The notes under the pieces: generated by a model
Seen by the model: the letters and a program-made list of their open reading frames with translations, nothing else
Database searches by the model: none
What the model was told of the DNA's origin: nothing
Source: Candidatus Latescibacterota bacterium
GTDB taxonomy: Bacteria; Latescibacterota; UBA2968; GCA-2709665
Length of the DNA stretch: 64,000 bases
Direction of reading: 5' to 3'
NCBI GenBank assembly: GCA_965248435.1
Contig: OZ252100.1
Span: 1,248,001-1,312,000, forward strand
Position numbers and translations under genes: made by a program
Shown: piece after piece, positions 23,001 to 30,764 of the stretch
How positions within the stretch are numbered: the first letter of the stretch is position 1
Layout: each line of letters opens with the position of its first letter

Positions 23001-23498
23001 TTTTTCAAGTGCCTTCAGCTTCTTCAGCGGGGGTGAGTCTTCGGTCTCTGGATAGGGGCTAGGCTTCAGCATCTCTCTTGCGCGCTCGTAACCCTCCTTT
23101 ACGCCGCCGTCGAGATCGTCAACCAGCTCGTTCGGCCACGAAGCGTGCTCAAAAACACGAGGTTCAGCTTCGATCACAACATTTGCGTTGATCAGAGACG
23201 TACCTCCAAGCCCGCAACCTACGAGCACATTGATATCGTCATTGATGTGCAAATCGAACAGTCCGGTCCTGGAGCCGATATGACCCGAGGATGTATTGGC
23301 CTGCATCTCCTCAGTTGCCTCGGGCAGCGTATCTGGAAATTCGCCCGGCAGGAACTCTTTACCACGCTCCAAGACGCAGACCTGCTGCCCCGCTCGCGCC
23401 AGGCGGGATGCAGTGATGCCACCACCATATCCGGAGCCAACGACGACAACCGTGTAATGGTCTTTGATCTCTTCGATACGAGACGATAGTCGTAGCAT
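20073..23498 (-). CDS. GMC (cholesterol oxidase-like) flavin oxidoreductase fused to alpha/beta hydrolase
   Basis: GSGYGG FAD motif, GLGGTSLINANV, TVHPLGGC, GTNPLLTI; C-terminal hydrolase with HGLG, DVWLLDYR, VHCFGS, YGHIDC. Confidence 0.9.
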   Translation of the reverse strand: MLRLSSRIEEIKDHYTVVVVGSGYGGGITASRLARAGQQVCVLERGKEFLPGEFPDTLPEATEEMQANTSSGHIGSRTGLFDLHINDDINVLVGCGLGGTSLINANVVIEAEPRVFEHASWPNELVDDLDGGVKEGYERAREMLKPSPYPETEDSPPLKKLKALEKSAKYIGEDFYRPDIAVTFQPYENDKNHVGVKQTPCVRCGDCFSGCNHTSKNTVQMNYLPDARSHGAVIFTEVSVRFVEKNDEKWLVHYEFVGADRHKFDAPTSFVSADIVVLAAGTLGTTEILLRSRQDGLALSDMVGKRFTGNGDVLAFGYNTDQEINGVGWGARKPDHENPVGPTITGIIDTRKSAPNYEDGMSIEEGAIPGALSSGLPVAFSTLSKLIGQDTDEGFVDYVKEKKRELESLVLGAYRGALDHTQTYLVMTHDSGSGEMDLKDDRIRINWPGVGKEESFQKVRERLKQVTKALGGTYLPNPTQTTFMGHDLVTVHPLGGCIMGEDASSSAVNHKGQVFASTTGGEIHNGLYVSDGSVIPTSLGTNPLLTISAIAERNVALMAKDRSWSFNTDLPSGPPPPPTPAKVGIQFTETMTGYFSTQEKENYKKANQLGKDAGSTFKFILTIISDDLDEMIESDQHQARMVGTVEAPALSNEPLTVTEGIFNLFVTYPEDVDTKRMRYRMRLSSEEGRVYYFEGFKVIRDDPGLDLWSDTTTLYITVHDGEDKNAAVLGKGMLIIRPTDFMKQMTTMKVLNAESATERLEYTTKFGALFAGALFDTYGGLFAGQKYFDPEAPPRKRRPLRVSPPEVHDFKTLDDLELRLTRYKGGPKGPVILSHGLGVSSRIFSMDTFDTNLLEYLFVHRYDVWLLDYRASIELPASKTQFSADEIARYDYPAAIDKVRKITGAETVQMVVHCFGSTSWTMSMLGGWLDGVRSAVCSQVSTHMKVPFLTKLKTGLHVPTFLDKLGIDSLTAYVDEDSNWLDKFFDDAIRVLPTQLEEQCNNPVCHRITFLYGQLYEHDQLNNQTHENLHEMFGVANITSFEHLALMSRKGHVVNFQGEESYLPHLERMAIPIAFISGGENECFLPESTEITYNLLRERNGKELYKRFVIPKYGHIDCIYGKNAWKDVYPHNLEHLDETNG

Positions 23499-23604
23499 GA
23501 TTTCACCTGTTTAGAAACGAGCAAGAAACCTTGGCGTATGAGGTACACTCATGCCCGATTGACGGCGCATCATCAAACCTACTTTTCGAACGCCCACAGA
23601 AGGT

Positions 23605-23874
23605 CTACGAGTCTGCAAGCTCTAAGGTTGATTCAAGGGGGGGTGTGTCGCGCTCTCTGGCGATCAGATCTCTGTCTTTATCTTTGACCTGGACGACAAT
23701 TTTGTGATTGTGCCTATCAATATTAACTTGAGAGAAATTGTCCTCTTGCGTGAAGTTGTACGCACAGTAATCCATGGCAACGCCGCCGTCTAACGCAAAG
23801 CTGTCTCCCCCTTTCTTGGAATCATGGACATAATTCGAAGGCTCGCCATCGGCGAAGGGGAAGGGCCAGAACAA
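23605..23874 (-). pseudogene. Orphan C-terminal fragment of a PhoD-family protein
   Basis: FWPFPFADGEPSNYVHDS...MDY.AYNFTQEDNF resembles, from recall, the C-terminus of PhoD-family proteins; no N-terminal catalytic part present. Confidence 0.55.
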
Positions 23875-23922
23875 TTCCGTCGTGCAAAACGCGTGTAAAC
23901 CCTCCCTCTCTTCGCAACGGGC

Positions 23923-25593
23923 TCAAAGAAGCTGCCGCTTTCTGAGGTTGCCCTGAACTTTACTGGCGGCAAAGCGAGCAACAAGGGTCGAGAGAAGGAG
24001 CACAAGTGGGGTTAGTAGCATCGTCTTCGTAATCCCGATCGTCTGAACGCCAAGCTTGGGCAGCAGCCGAAGGGCCCTTCGATACACATGAAGCTGAAGC
24101 CGTGCAAGCGCCCATCTGCTGTAGCGAGGCCACTCGCGAAGCTTCTGTTCCTGGCTTGCTTTACCTATGAGAGGAATAATTCGGCGGAAGGGCGTCCCGT
24201 CTTTTTCGAAGCTGTGAGCTTCATCCAATTCGTCGGAATTCCTCGAGTCGTTCCACACCTTGAAAATCGGATTGCGGGCGTCTTTAGGAATGGCAAAATG
24301 TTGGTCCAGAAAGCGCTGGCAGTTCCGCCGTCCCAACTGGTAATCGTGCTCTCTGAAGGCTTTCGAAAGAAATCCGCCAAAGCCGCAGAGGCTTCCGCTG
24401 GCAATGGGGTATTGCTCGTCCTCCCGCTTCGGCGTGATGAGGAACCGGCTGTAGACGTCCTCCTCTTGTGCCAACTTGAGCTCGTCGAGTTTGAACACGG
24501 CCTGGTTGAGAAGCGAGTCTACGAGACCCTTGGCTGCGCTGACGATGTCAACCTTGGTTTCGGAATTCCACGAAAAGGGGTGGACGTCAGGAAACGGATC
24601 CACCATAATCACGGCACGTTTAGCCTTCTCAGGCTCCCGCGGGTTGGTGCCGTCTTTACCAGCCAGCGCCCGATGTGCAAAGCCGAAAGGTTCGTTGTTC
24701 AGAACACCGCCATCCATGGCCACGAATGGTAGCTCCCCACTAGCCGGGGGCTTCCCTTTGGGCCAATAGGGCGCGATCCTACGGTATTCGATAAAGTGTC
24801 GCCTCTTTCCTTTTTCCTTTGCCTTCGCCTCTTCCTTTTTCTCTTCCTTTTCTCGCCCTGGCATTCGCCAAGGGCGATCGTCATAGGCCTCCTTGTTTTT
24901 CGACAGAACCCGAGGTGCCAAGCCGAGTGGAAAGGCCCCAGTGGCAATAGTAGCCTTCTTGAGTGCGTGCCAATTCTTGTGATCGAGTTTGAACGGTTGG
25001 ATAACGACTGCGTCGGAGGGTGTTTCCTCAGCTGAGTTTGTCAAGATGAAATAAGTGTAGTCGGCGTGCAGCGACATGCCGTGACCAGGTTCCTCACTCC
25101 CTGCGAAGGGGACGTTGTAGGGTATGCCACGTACATTTGTGACTGTAAGGTAAATGTGCAGAGGATCTGACACCCAGGGAGGGAAGGTCTTTACGTCAGA
25201 AAGTTCAAAGACTTCATCGGCAATCTCCTCAATTTTCGTGGAATCGAAGACCGATTTTGCTACAGCGTGCCTCCCGGCCAGGTCGCGGGATTGAAGCAGA
25301 TCGACGATGTCGATCTCCTCTACCCATTTCTTCCTTAGCTGGGACGTCTCGTGACCCCGTGCTGCGGCCATCATACCAGCTGCAATCCCGCCGCCAGATG
25401 AGCCCGAAAGCACACGGATTACGACACGATGGGGCGGGCAAAGGGGATTTTTGCACTTGCGAGCCTTTTCCCATTCGCTGAGCGCCTCAAGAAGAAAGTC
25501 AACTACGCCGGCTGTGTAGGCGCCTGCCGATATGGTCCCCGCCATCACCAACGCGATTTCGAACGTTGGGATATTCTCGTCAGATTGGGACAT
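23923..25593 (-). CDS. Patatin-like phospholipase with C-terminal hydrophobic helix
   Basis: AGTISAGAYTAGV, GSSGG nucleophile, ATGAFP, MDGG..NNEP; hydrophobic TMLLTPLVLLLSTLVARFAA near the C-terminus. Confidence 0.88.
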   Translation of the reverse strand: MSQSDENIPTFEIALVMAGTISAGAYTAGVVDFLLEALSEWEKARKCKNPLCPPHRVVIRVLSGSSGGGIAAGMMAAARGHETSQLRKKWVEEIDIVDLLQSRDLAGRHAVAKSVFDSTKIEEIADEVFELSDVKTFPPWVSDPLHIYLTVTNVRGIPYNVPFAGSEEPGHGMSLHADYTYFILTNSAEETPSDAVVIQPFKLDHKNWHALKKATIATGAFPLGLAPRVLSKNKEAYDDRPWRMPGREKEEKKEEAKAKEKGKRRHFIEYRRIAPYWPKGKPPASGELPFVAMDGGVLNNEPFGFAHRALAGKDGTNPREPEKAKRAVIMVDPFPDVHPFSWNSETKVDIVSAAKGLVDSLLNQAVFKLDELKLAQEEDVYSRFLITPKREDEQYPIASGSLCGFGGFLSKAFREHDYQLGRRNCQRFLDQHFAIPKDARNPIFKVWNDSRNSDELDEAHSFEKDGTPFRRIIPLIGKASQEQKLREWPRYSRWALARLQLHVYRRALRLLPKLGVQTIGITKTMLLTPLVLLLSTLVARFAASKVQGNLRKRQLL

Positions 25594-26004
25594 CAGGAAG
25601 TCTCCAGGTTTCAGCTGTCAAGCCCAGCAGACCATCAACAGTGTCTGTCTCTCCCCATAAACAGAAAAACCCAGACAACCATCCCCTCGACTTCAGGGAC
25701 GCATCTGGGTTTCATCATAAGACTTACTACATTGGGCGGCAGTCTCTCTCCCCCGACAGACTACGCTCAACACATTTACCGCCGAAATCCACAAGAATTC
25801 TGGATTCCTTTGACGCCGCCGGGTGCAATTTGCGACCGTTTCTCTGCATTGTCAAGCGTTTTCGAGTGCATTCGTTTCGCTCAGGCCCTGAATCAAGCTA
25901 TATTGAATTCACTCTAAGTTTGACTGGCCCACACCTAAACGCCGTTCACACAATTCCGGTTAGTGTGCCAGAGGTGCCAGAAACTGACAAATGGAAGGAA
26001 CCAG

Positions 26005-26334
26005 ATGCCGTTTGATGAAAAGCTCGCGGAACGCGTCTCTTCTTGCCTGAAAGGCAGGCGGGGGATCACGCAGAAGAAGATGTTCGGTGGGTTGTGTTAT
26101 CTCGTGAACGGCAACATGTGCTGCGGAGTGGAGAAGGACAGGCTGGTCGTTCGGGTAGGTCCGGAACAGTATGAGGACGCGCTGAGAAGGAAACACGTGA
26201 AACCGATGGACTTCACGGGCCGCCCACTGAAGGGCTTTGTTTACGTCACGGCGTCAGGGCTGAAGAGGAGTGATACCCTGAAGAAATGGGTGGATCTGGG
26301 CGTTGAGTTTGCGAAATCGTTGCCGAAGAAATAA
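26005..26334 (+). CDS. TfoX/Sxy N-terminal domain protein
   Basis: KKMFGGLCYLVNGNMCCGV, PMDFTGRPLKGFVYV, LPKK; AAGGA RBS before ATG 26005. Confidence 0.85.
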   Translation: MPFDEKLAERVSSCLKGRRGITQKKMFGGLCYLVNGNMCCGVEKDRLVVRVGPEQYEDALRRKHVKPMDFTGRPLKGFVYVTASGLKRSDTLKKWVDLGVEFAKSLPKK

Positions 26335-26341
26335 GTGATCA

Positions 26342-26372
26342 TCGTATCTCGTATCTCGTACCTCGTATCTCG
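26342..26372. repeat. Heptamer tandem repeat (TCGTATC) x4.4
   Basis: tcgtatc tcgtatc tcgtacc tcgtatc tcg; the same heptamer recurs at 35232-35262. Confidence 0.9.
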
Positions 26373-26442
26373 ATGGCTCATAATTTAGAGCATTTTCGCT
26401 GCTATTTTGAAGAGCGTTGTCAATTTCGCACAAAATCGCTCG

Positions 26443-26468
26443 AGTCCGCCGCAGGCGGACTTTTTTTA
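26443..26468 (+). terminator. Hairpin plus T-tract (intrinsic terminator or REP-like)
   Basis: AGTCCGCC-GCA-GGCGGACT followed by a T run. Confidence 0.6.
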
Positions 26469-26700
26469 TGCCTCTCCAGCGCGGGAATTCATTCCCGCGC
26501 TGGGATCCTCATCATAAGGCCTGATACAGTCGTTGTAGGCCCTTCGCGAAACTCAAATCCCCCCTACCCCCTCCCTCGGCAAGCTCGGGACATGCTTTTC
26601 CAAAGGGGGGAGATTGCTTCTTGTCCATCACATTGTGAATGGTTTCCGTGTCCCTCCGTGATCCAGCTTCTTTGCGATCCACGAACCCCGGTCTTACACT

Positions 26701-26813
26701 CCCCGTGTTTCGATTTCCCGGTACCCGGTCCCCGTGTTTCGATTTCCCGGTACCCGGTCCCCGTGTTTTGATTTCCCGGTACCCGGTCCCCGTGTTTTGA
26801 TTTCCCGGTACCC
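26701..26813. repeat. 29-bp tandem repeat x~3.9 (CCCCGTGTTTYGATTTCCCGGTACCCGGT)
   Basis: Four head-to-tail copies with no spacers, directly after the LLM oxidoreductase stop codon. Confidence 0.95.
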
Positions 26814-26815
26814 TG

Positions 26816-27892
26816 TTATATCGTCGGTAACCTCGGCACAACCTCCTTCGCCAGCAGTTCCATCGACCTCACCCACTTCGCCTTGTCGTCCCAGTCGTGC
26901 GCGATCATCAGCAGCGTGCCAAACCCGCCGGTCTGTTCCCACACCTCCATCAACTGTTGGGTCACGGTTTCCACATCCCCGATAATGCACAGGTGCTTCA
27001 GGAGATACTCAGAAGTCACTTCGTCATCCGGTATATCCTGATCGTGTTTCATCAACGGTAGCCTGCCCCCCGGTGCGAGAAGGTTGATCAGGTACTCGTG
27101 CGCACCCGCCATCGGCCCGTTGACCGCGTGGTCCCACGCCTCCTCGTTCGATTCACCGATGAAGACGCTGCGGGAGATCTGCCAGATCGCTCGATCAGGC
27201 GGCGGTCGGCCTGCTTCTTCCGCACCGGTGCAATAGGTCTTCCAATGATCGCAAAGCTTCGCCGCAGGCACGAGGTTCGTACTGATCGGGATATAGCCGC
27301 GCTGCCCGGCCGTACGAGCTGCCATCGAAGTGGGCTGAACCACGCTCATCGCCAGCGGCGGGTGAGGCTTCTGGTAGGGCTTGAGGATCGTTCCGATTCC
27401 GTAGTCCGGATTCTCATCGTTGAGTTTGACGTGCCAGTAGTCGCCCTTGTACTCGAACGGGGCCTCGGCCTGCCACAGCTTCAGGATCAGGTCCATGGCC
27501 TCGACCGTCATCAGCCCCTGCGTCTTCGGTTCCGGCAGGTCGAACAGCGCCCAGTCGGTCCGGATGCCGCCCTGCCCGAACCCGCAATTGATCCGGCCCC
27601 GGGACAGGTGATCCAGGTAGGCGATGCGAACGGCCACGTTCACGGGGTGATGCTGGGGAAGGATCGAAACGCCGGTCCCCAGACGGATGTTTTGGGTGCG
27701 AGGCAGCACATTCGCGATGAAAACGTCGTTCGCCGGGATCGGCTCCCAAGCCAACGAGTGATGCTGGCCGACCCAGAGATCGGAAAATCCGAGTTCATCG
27801 GCCAGAACGGCCAACTCGATGTCCTCCTCGAAGCAGACCGTCCGGTCCTTCTCGGGGGGATGCAGCGGCATCATGAAGATCCCCAGTTTTAT
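26816..27892 (-). CDS. LLM-class flavin-dependent monooxygenase (luciferase-like)
   Basis: (I)KLGIFMMPLHPP, ADELGF..LWVGQHH, IRLGTGV, KPYQKPHPP. In-frame ATA at 27892 follows a GGAGGTG SD; the first ATG is at 27874. Confidence 0.9.
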   Translation of the reverse strand: MKLGIFMMPLHPPEKDRTVCFEEDIELAVLADELGFSDLWVGQHHSLAWEPIPANDVFIANVLPRTQNIRLGTGVSILPQHHPVNVAVRIAYLDHLSRGRINCGFGQGGIRTDWALFDLPEPKTQGLMTVEAMDLILKLWQAEAPFEYKGDYWHVKLNDENPDYGIGTILKPYQKPHPPLAMSVVQPTSMAARTAGQRGYIPISTNLVPAAKLCDHWKTYCTGAEEAGRPPPDRAIWQISRSVFIGESNEEAWDHAVNGPMAGAHEYLINLLAPGGRLPLMKHDQDIPDDEVTSEYLLKHLCIIGDVETVTQQLMEVWEQTGGFGTLLMIAHDWDDKAKWVRSMELLAKEVVPRLPTI

Positions 27893-28030
27893 AGGTCACC
27901 TCCCGGGTCACTGGCGGATTTCCGCCAAAAATAGGTTGAATTTCTCCGAAAGTGTCTGTAATATAAGGGGAAACGGGACTACCCGGACACTTTCTTCTCG
28001 ACATCCCTATCTGGAGTTTCAGGACAAAGC

Positions 28031-30205
28031 ATGACTCTCCGCAAGCGAGTGCTCATCAACATCGCCGCGACGGTTACCGGCCTGATGCTCATCCTATGGG
28101 GCATCTCCCATTTTGTCCTCATGGACAGCTTCCTCGACCTGGAGGAGCAAAACGTCCGGCGGGATGTTCAGCGGGCACAGGATGCGATCTCCGAAGAGAT
28201 CTCCAATCTGAGCGCGACCACCCTGGACTGGTCTTCCTGGGACGACACCTATACCTTCATCGAGGATCGCAACGACGGATTTTTAACAGCGAATCTCGTC
28301 GACGCCACCTTCGACAGCACCAAATTGAGGCTGAATGTGATGCTGTTCGTGGATGCCACGGGCAACCTGGTATATGGCAAGGCTTTCGATTTTCACAACA
28401 TGAAGGAAATGCCTCTTCCCCAGGACCTGTTCGCGCATCTTTCTGGCAAGGGTCTTATGAATCATCCGGACGTCAAGAGCAGGGTCAACGGAATCGTCAT
28501 GCTTGGCGATGGCCCGATGCTGGTCGCGTCCACGCCGATCCAGACCAGCGAGGAGAAAGGACCGATACGGGGCGCGTTGATCATGGGACGATATCTCGAT
28601 CGGTCGGAGATAAATCGCTTGGCGGACATTACGCATATGTCGCTATCGGTCCATCCGGCTGGCAGCGCTGACCTCCCCTCGGATGTTCAGGCCGCGAACT
28701 CGCGCTTGACGGAAGACGTCAAGATTGTCGTTGACCCGCTGAATGAAGAGTCGATCGCAGGATACGCTGCCCTGAAGGACATTTATGGAAAGCCGCTCCT
28801 GACTTTGAGGGTGGACACACCGAGAGACATTTACGCCCAGGGCGCGACAACCGTATCCTACTTTGTGCTGTTCATGCTCGGAGCGGGCCTTGTCTGCGGC
28901 GGAGCCGTCTACTTATGTATGGAGAAGACGGTCCTGAAAAGAGTCGCGAGCCTGGCCAGAGCGGTCACCCGAATCGGTGAGGGTCAGGACCTGTCAAAGA
29001 GAGTGGAAATGAGCGGACGGGACGAGCTGTCCCGATTAGGGGAAAAGATCAACGGCATGCTCGCTGAACTGGAGGATACAGAACACAAGATGGTCCAGCT
29101 GGAACGCATGAGGGCATTGGGAGAGATGGCCGCCGGCATCAGTCACAACCTGAACAACATTCTGACAGGCATCTGGGGTCCCGTTCAGCTTATGCAGAAG
29201 GAAACCGACGATCCCAAAATCCTTGATCGCACAGATATGATCGCGAAATCGGCGGAGCGGGCCTCGGAACTCGTAAACCGAATCAATCGCGCCGTGCAGG
29301 GAAGCAAAGAAGACTCAGGACAACCCGTCGATGTGAACGCGGTGGTTCGCGAAGCCATTCAGAGCGCGCGTCCTCGTTGGAAAGATGAAGGTGAGTCCAG
29401 CGGCGTCTCGATAGACATCGTGACCGACCTGAAAGGCGTGCCTTTCATCATGGGCACACGGGCCGAGTTTCACGACGTCATCATCAACATGCTGTTCAAC
29501 TCGATCGATGCGATGCCGAATGGCGGTGAGATCCGGATTGCGTCCAGCGTCCTGAACGGTGAGGTTAAGGTCGACCTGAGCGACACCGGCATCGGGATGG
29601 ACGAGGAGACGCTGAAAAGGGTGTTCGAGCCTTTCTTCACGACGAAGAGGGACGTCGGCACCGGCCTCGGGATGTCGACAATCCATTCGACCGTGGTGCG
29701 CTGGGGAGGCACCATAGATATACAGAGCGCCGTTGGGAAGGGAACGGCTGTCTCGGTTCGATTGCCGTCTTGCATAGACGTGGAAGTGCCCGAGCTCGAA
29801 ATAGGAAAGGTCCCTGAGGCACCGCGCAGTAGACTCCTCGTCGTCGAAGACGATGAGGACATCTGCCACTTTTTCGCTCACTTTTTAGAAGGACAGCACG
29901 ATGTGGAGACGGTCTCCGACGGTCGCGAGGCCCTGGACGCGTTCACACCCGGGCGATACGACGTCGCCCTGATCGATCTGGGTCTTCCTGGAATGCCGGG
30001 CGATCAACTCGCTTTAGAAATCAGGGAGCGGGACGCAGCATTGGTTACCGTGCTGGTAACGGGGTGGGACCTCGAAAAAGACGACCCGAGATTGTCAGCG
30101 TTCGACTTCTGGCTGAAGAAGCCCCTCAAAAACCTGAATCACGTAAAGGGCGTAATCGGCAGTGCAATCGCCTTCCACCAGACCAAGGCAAACGCGTCAT
30201 CCTGA
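28031..30205 (+). CDS. Hybrid sensor histidine kinase (CHASE4-HAMP-HisKA-HATPase-REC)
   Basis: DWSSWDDTY (CHASE4), two TM helices, GRDELSRL (HAMP), GISHNLNN, DTGIGM/FEPFFTTK/GTGLG, receiver VVEDD...DLGLP. Confidence 0.92.
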   Translation: MTLRKRVLINIAATVTGLMLILWGISHFVLMDSFLDLEEQNVRRDVQRAQDAISEEISNLSATTLDWSSWDDTYTFIEDRNDGFLTANLVDATFDSTKLRLNVMLFVDATGNLVYGKAFDFHNMKEMPLPQDLFAHLSGKGLMNHPDVKSRVNGIVMLGDGPMLVASTPIQTSEEKGPIRGALIMGRYLDRSEINRLADITHMSLSVHPAGSADLPSDVQAANSRLTEDVKIVVDPLNEESIAGYAALKDIYGKPLLTLRVDTPRDIYAQGATTVSYFVLFMLGAGLVCGGAVYLCMEKTVLKRVASLARAVTRIGEGQDLSKRVEMSGRDELSRLGEKINGMLAELEDTEHKMVQLERMRALGEMAAGISHNLNNILTGIWGPVQLMQKETDDPKILDRTDMIAKSAERASELVNRINRAVQGSKEDSGQPVDVNAVVREAIQSARPRWKDEGESSGVSIDIVTDLKGVPFIMGTRAEFHDVIINMLFNSIDAMPNGGEIRIASSVLNGEVKVDLSDTGIGMDEETLKRVFEPFFTTKRDVGTGLGMSTIHSTVVRWGGTIDIQSAVGKGTAVSVRLPSCIDVEVPELEIGKVPEAPRSRLLVVEDDEDICHFFAHFLEGQHDVETVSDGREALDAFTPGRYDVALIDLGLPGMPGDQLALEIRERDAALVTVLVTGWDLEKDDPRLSAFDFWLKKPLKNLNHVKGVIGSAIAFHQTKANASS

Positions 30206-30236
30206 TTTGCCGGTAGGCAGGCGAACAAAACGAACT

Positions 30237-30275
30237 CGGGGCTTACATCCACTTGATGTAAGCCCCGTTCCTTTT
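30237..30275. terminator. Bidirectional intrinsic terminator
   Basis: CGGGGCTTACATC / GATGTAAGCCCCG 13-bp stem between convergent genes. Confidence 0.8.
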
Positions 30276-30315
30276 CTAACGACGCAGACTGTGCCTATCT
30301 TGTGTCAGGAAGGTT

Positions 30316-30675
30316 CTACTGTTCCGCCAGCACCTCATTCACAGACTCTATCACGTCGGCCAGCTCAAACGGTTTCTCCAGAATCCGCTCGACGCCGAGT
30401 TCCTCCAGGTACTGGGTCCGGTGATCCGTCAGATGGGCGCTCAGAATGATCACCGGCACATCGATGTCCTCCTGCTGAAGAATGAGCACGAACTGATCGC
30501 CAGGCGTGGGCATCACCAGGTCGCTCAGGACCAGATCGACATCAGTAAAATCCACCTCATCCAGTGCAGGCTTGGCATCATCAAAATCGAGTACCTCGTG
30601 ACCCTCTTTCTTCAGCAAACGGACCAGCACGTTTCGCACCGAGGCGTCATCATCCATCACAACAATCTTGGCCAT
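30316..30675 (-). CDS. Single-domain response regulator (receiver)
   Basis: VVMDDD, SDLVMP, ILSA, KPF. Confidence 0.9.
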   Translation of the reverse strand: MAKIVVMDDDASVRNVLVRLLKKEGHEVLDFDDAKPALDEVDFTDVDLVLSDLVMPTPGDQFVLILQQEDIDVPVIILSAHLTDHRTQYLEELGVERILEKPFELADVIESVNEVLAEQ

Positions 30676-30764
30676 ATCGAGTCCCCTATCAAACGCCTTG
30701 AACCATCCACTTTAATAATAAGATATGAACCTGTGATTCTGAGTCAAGTCGCTTCAGATCCCGT

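Noticed and set aside
26701-26813. CRISPR array
   Set aside because: The 29-bp units are head-to-tail with no unique spacers and there are no cas genes; this is a tandem repeat.
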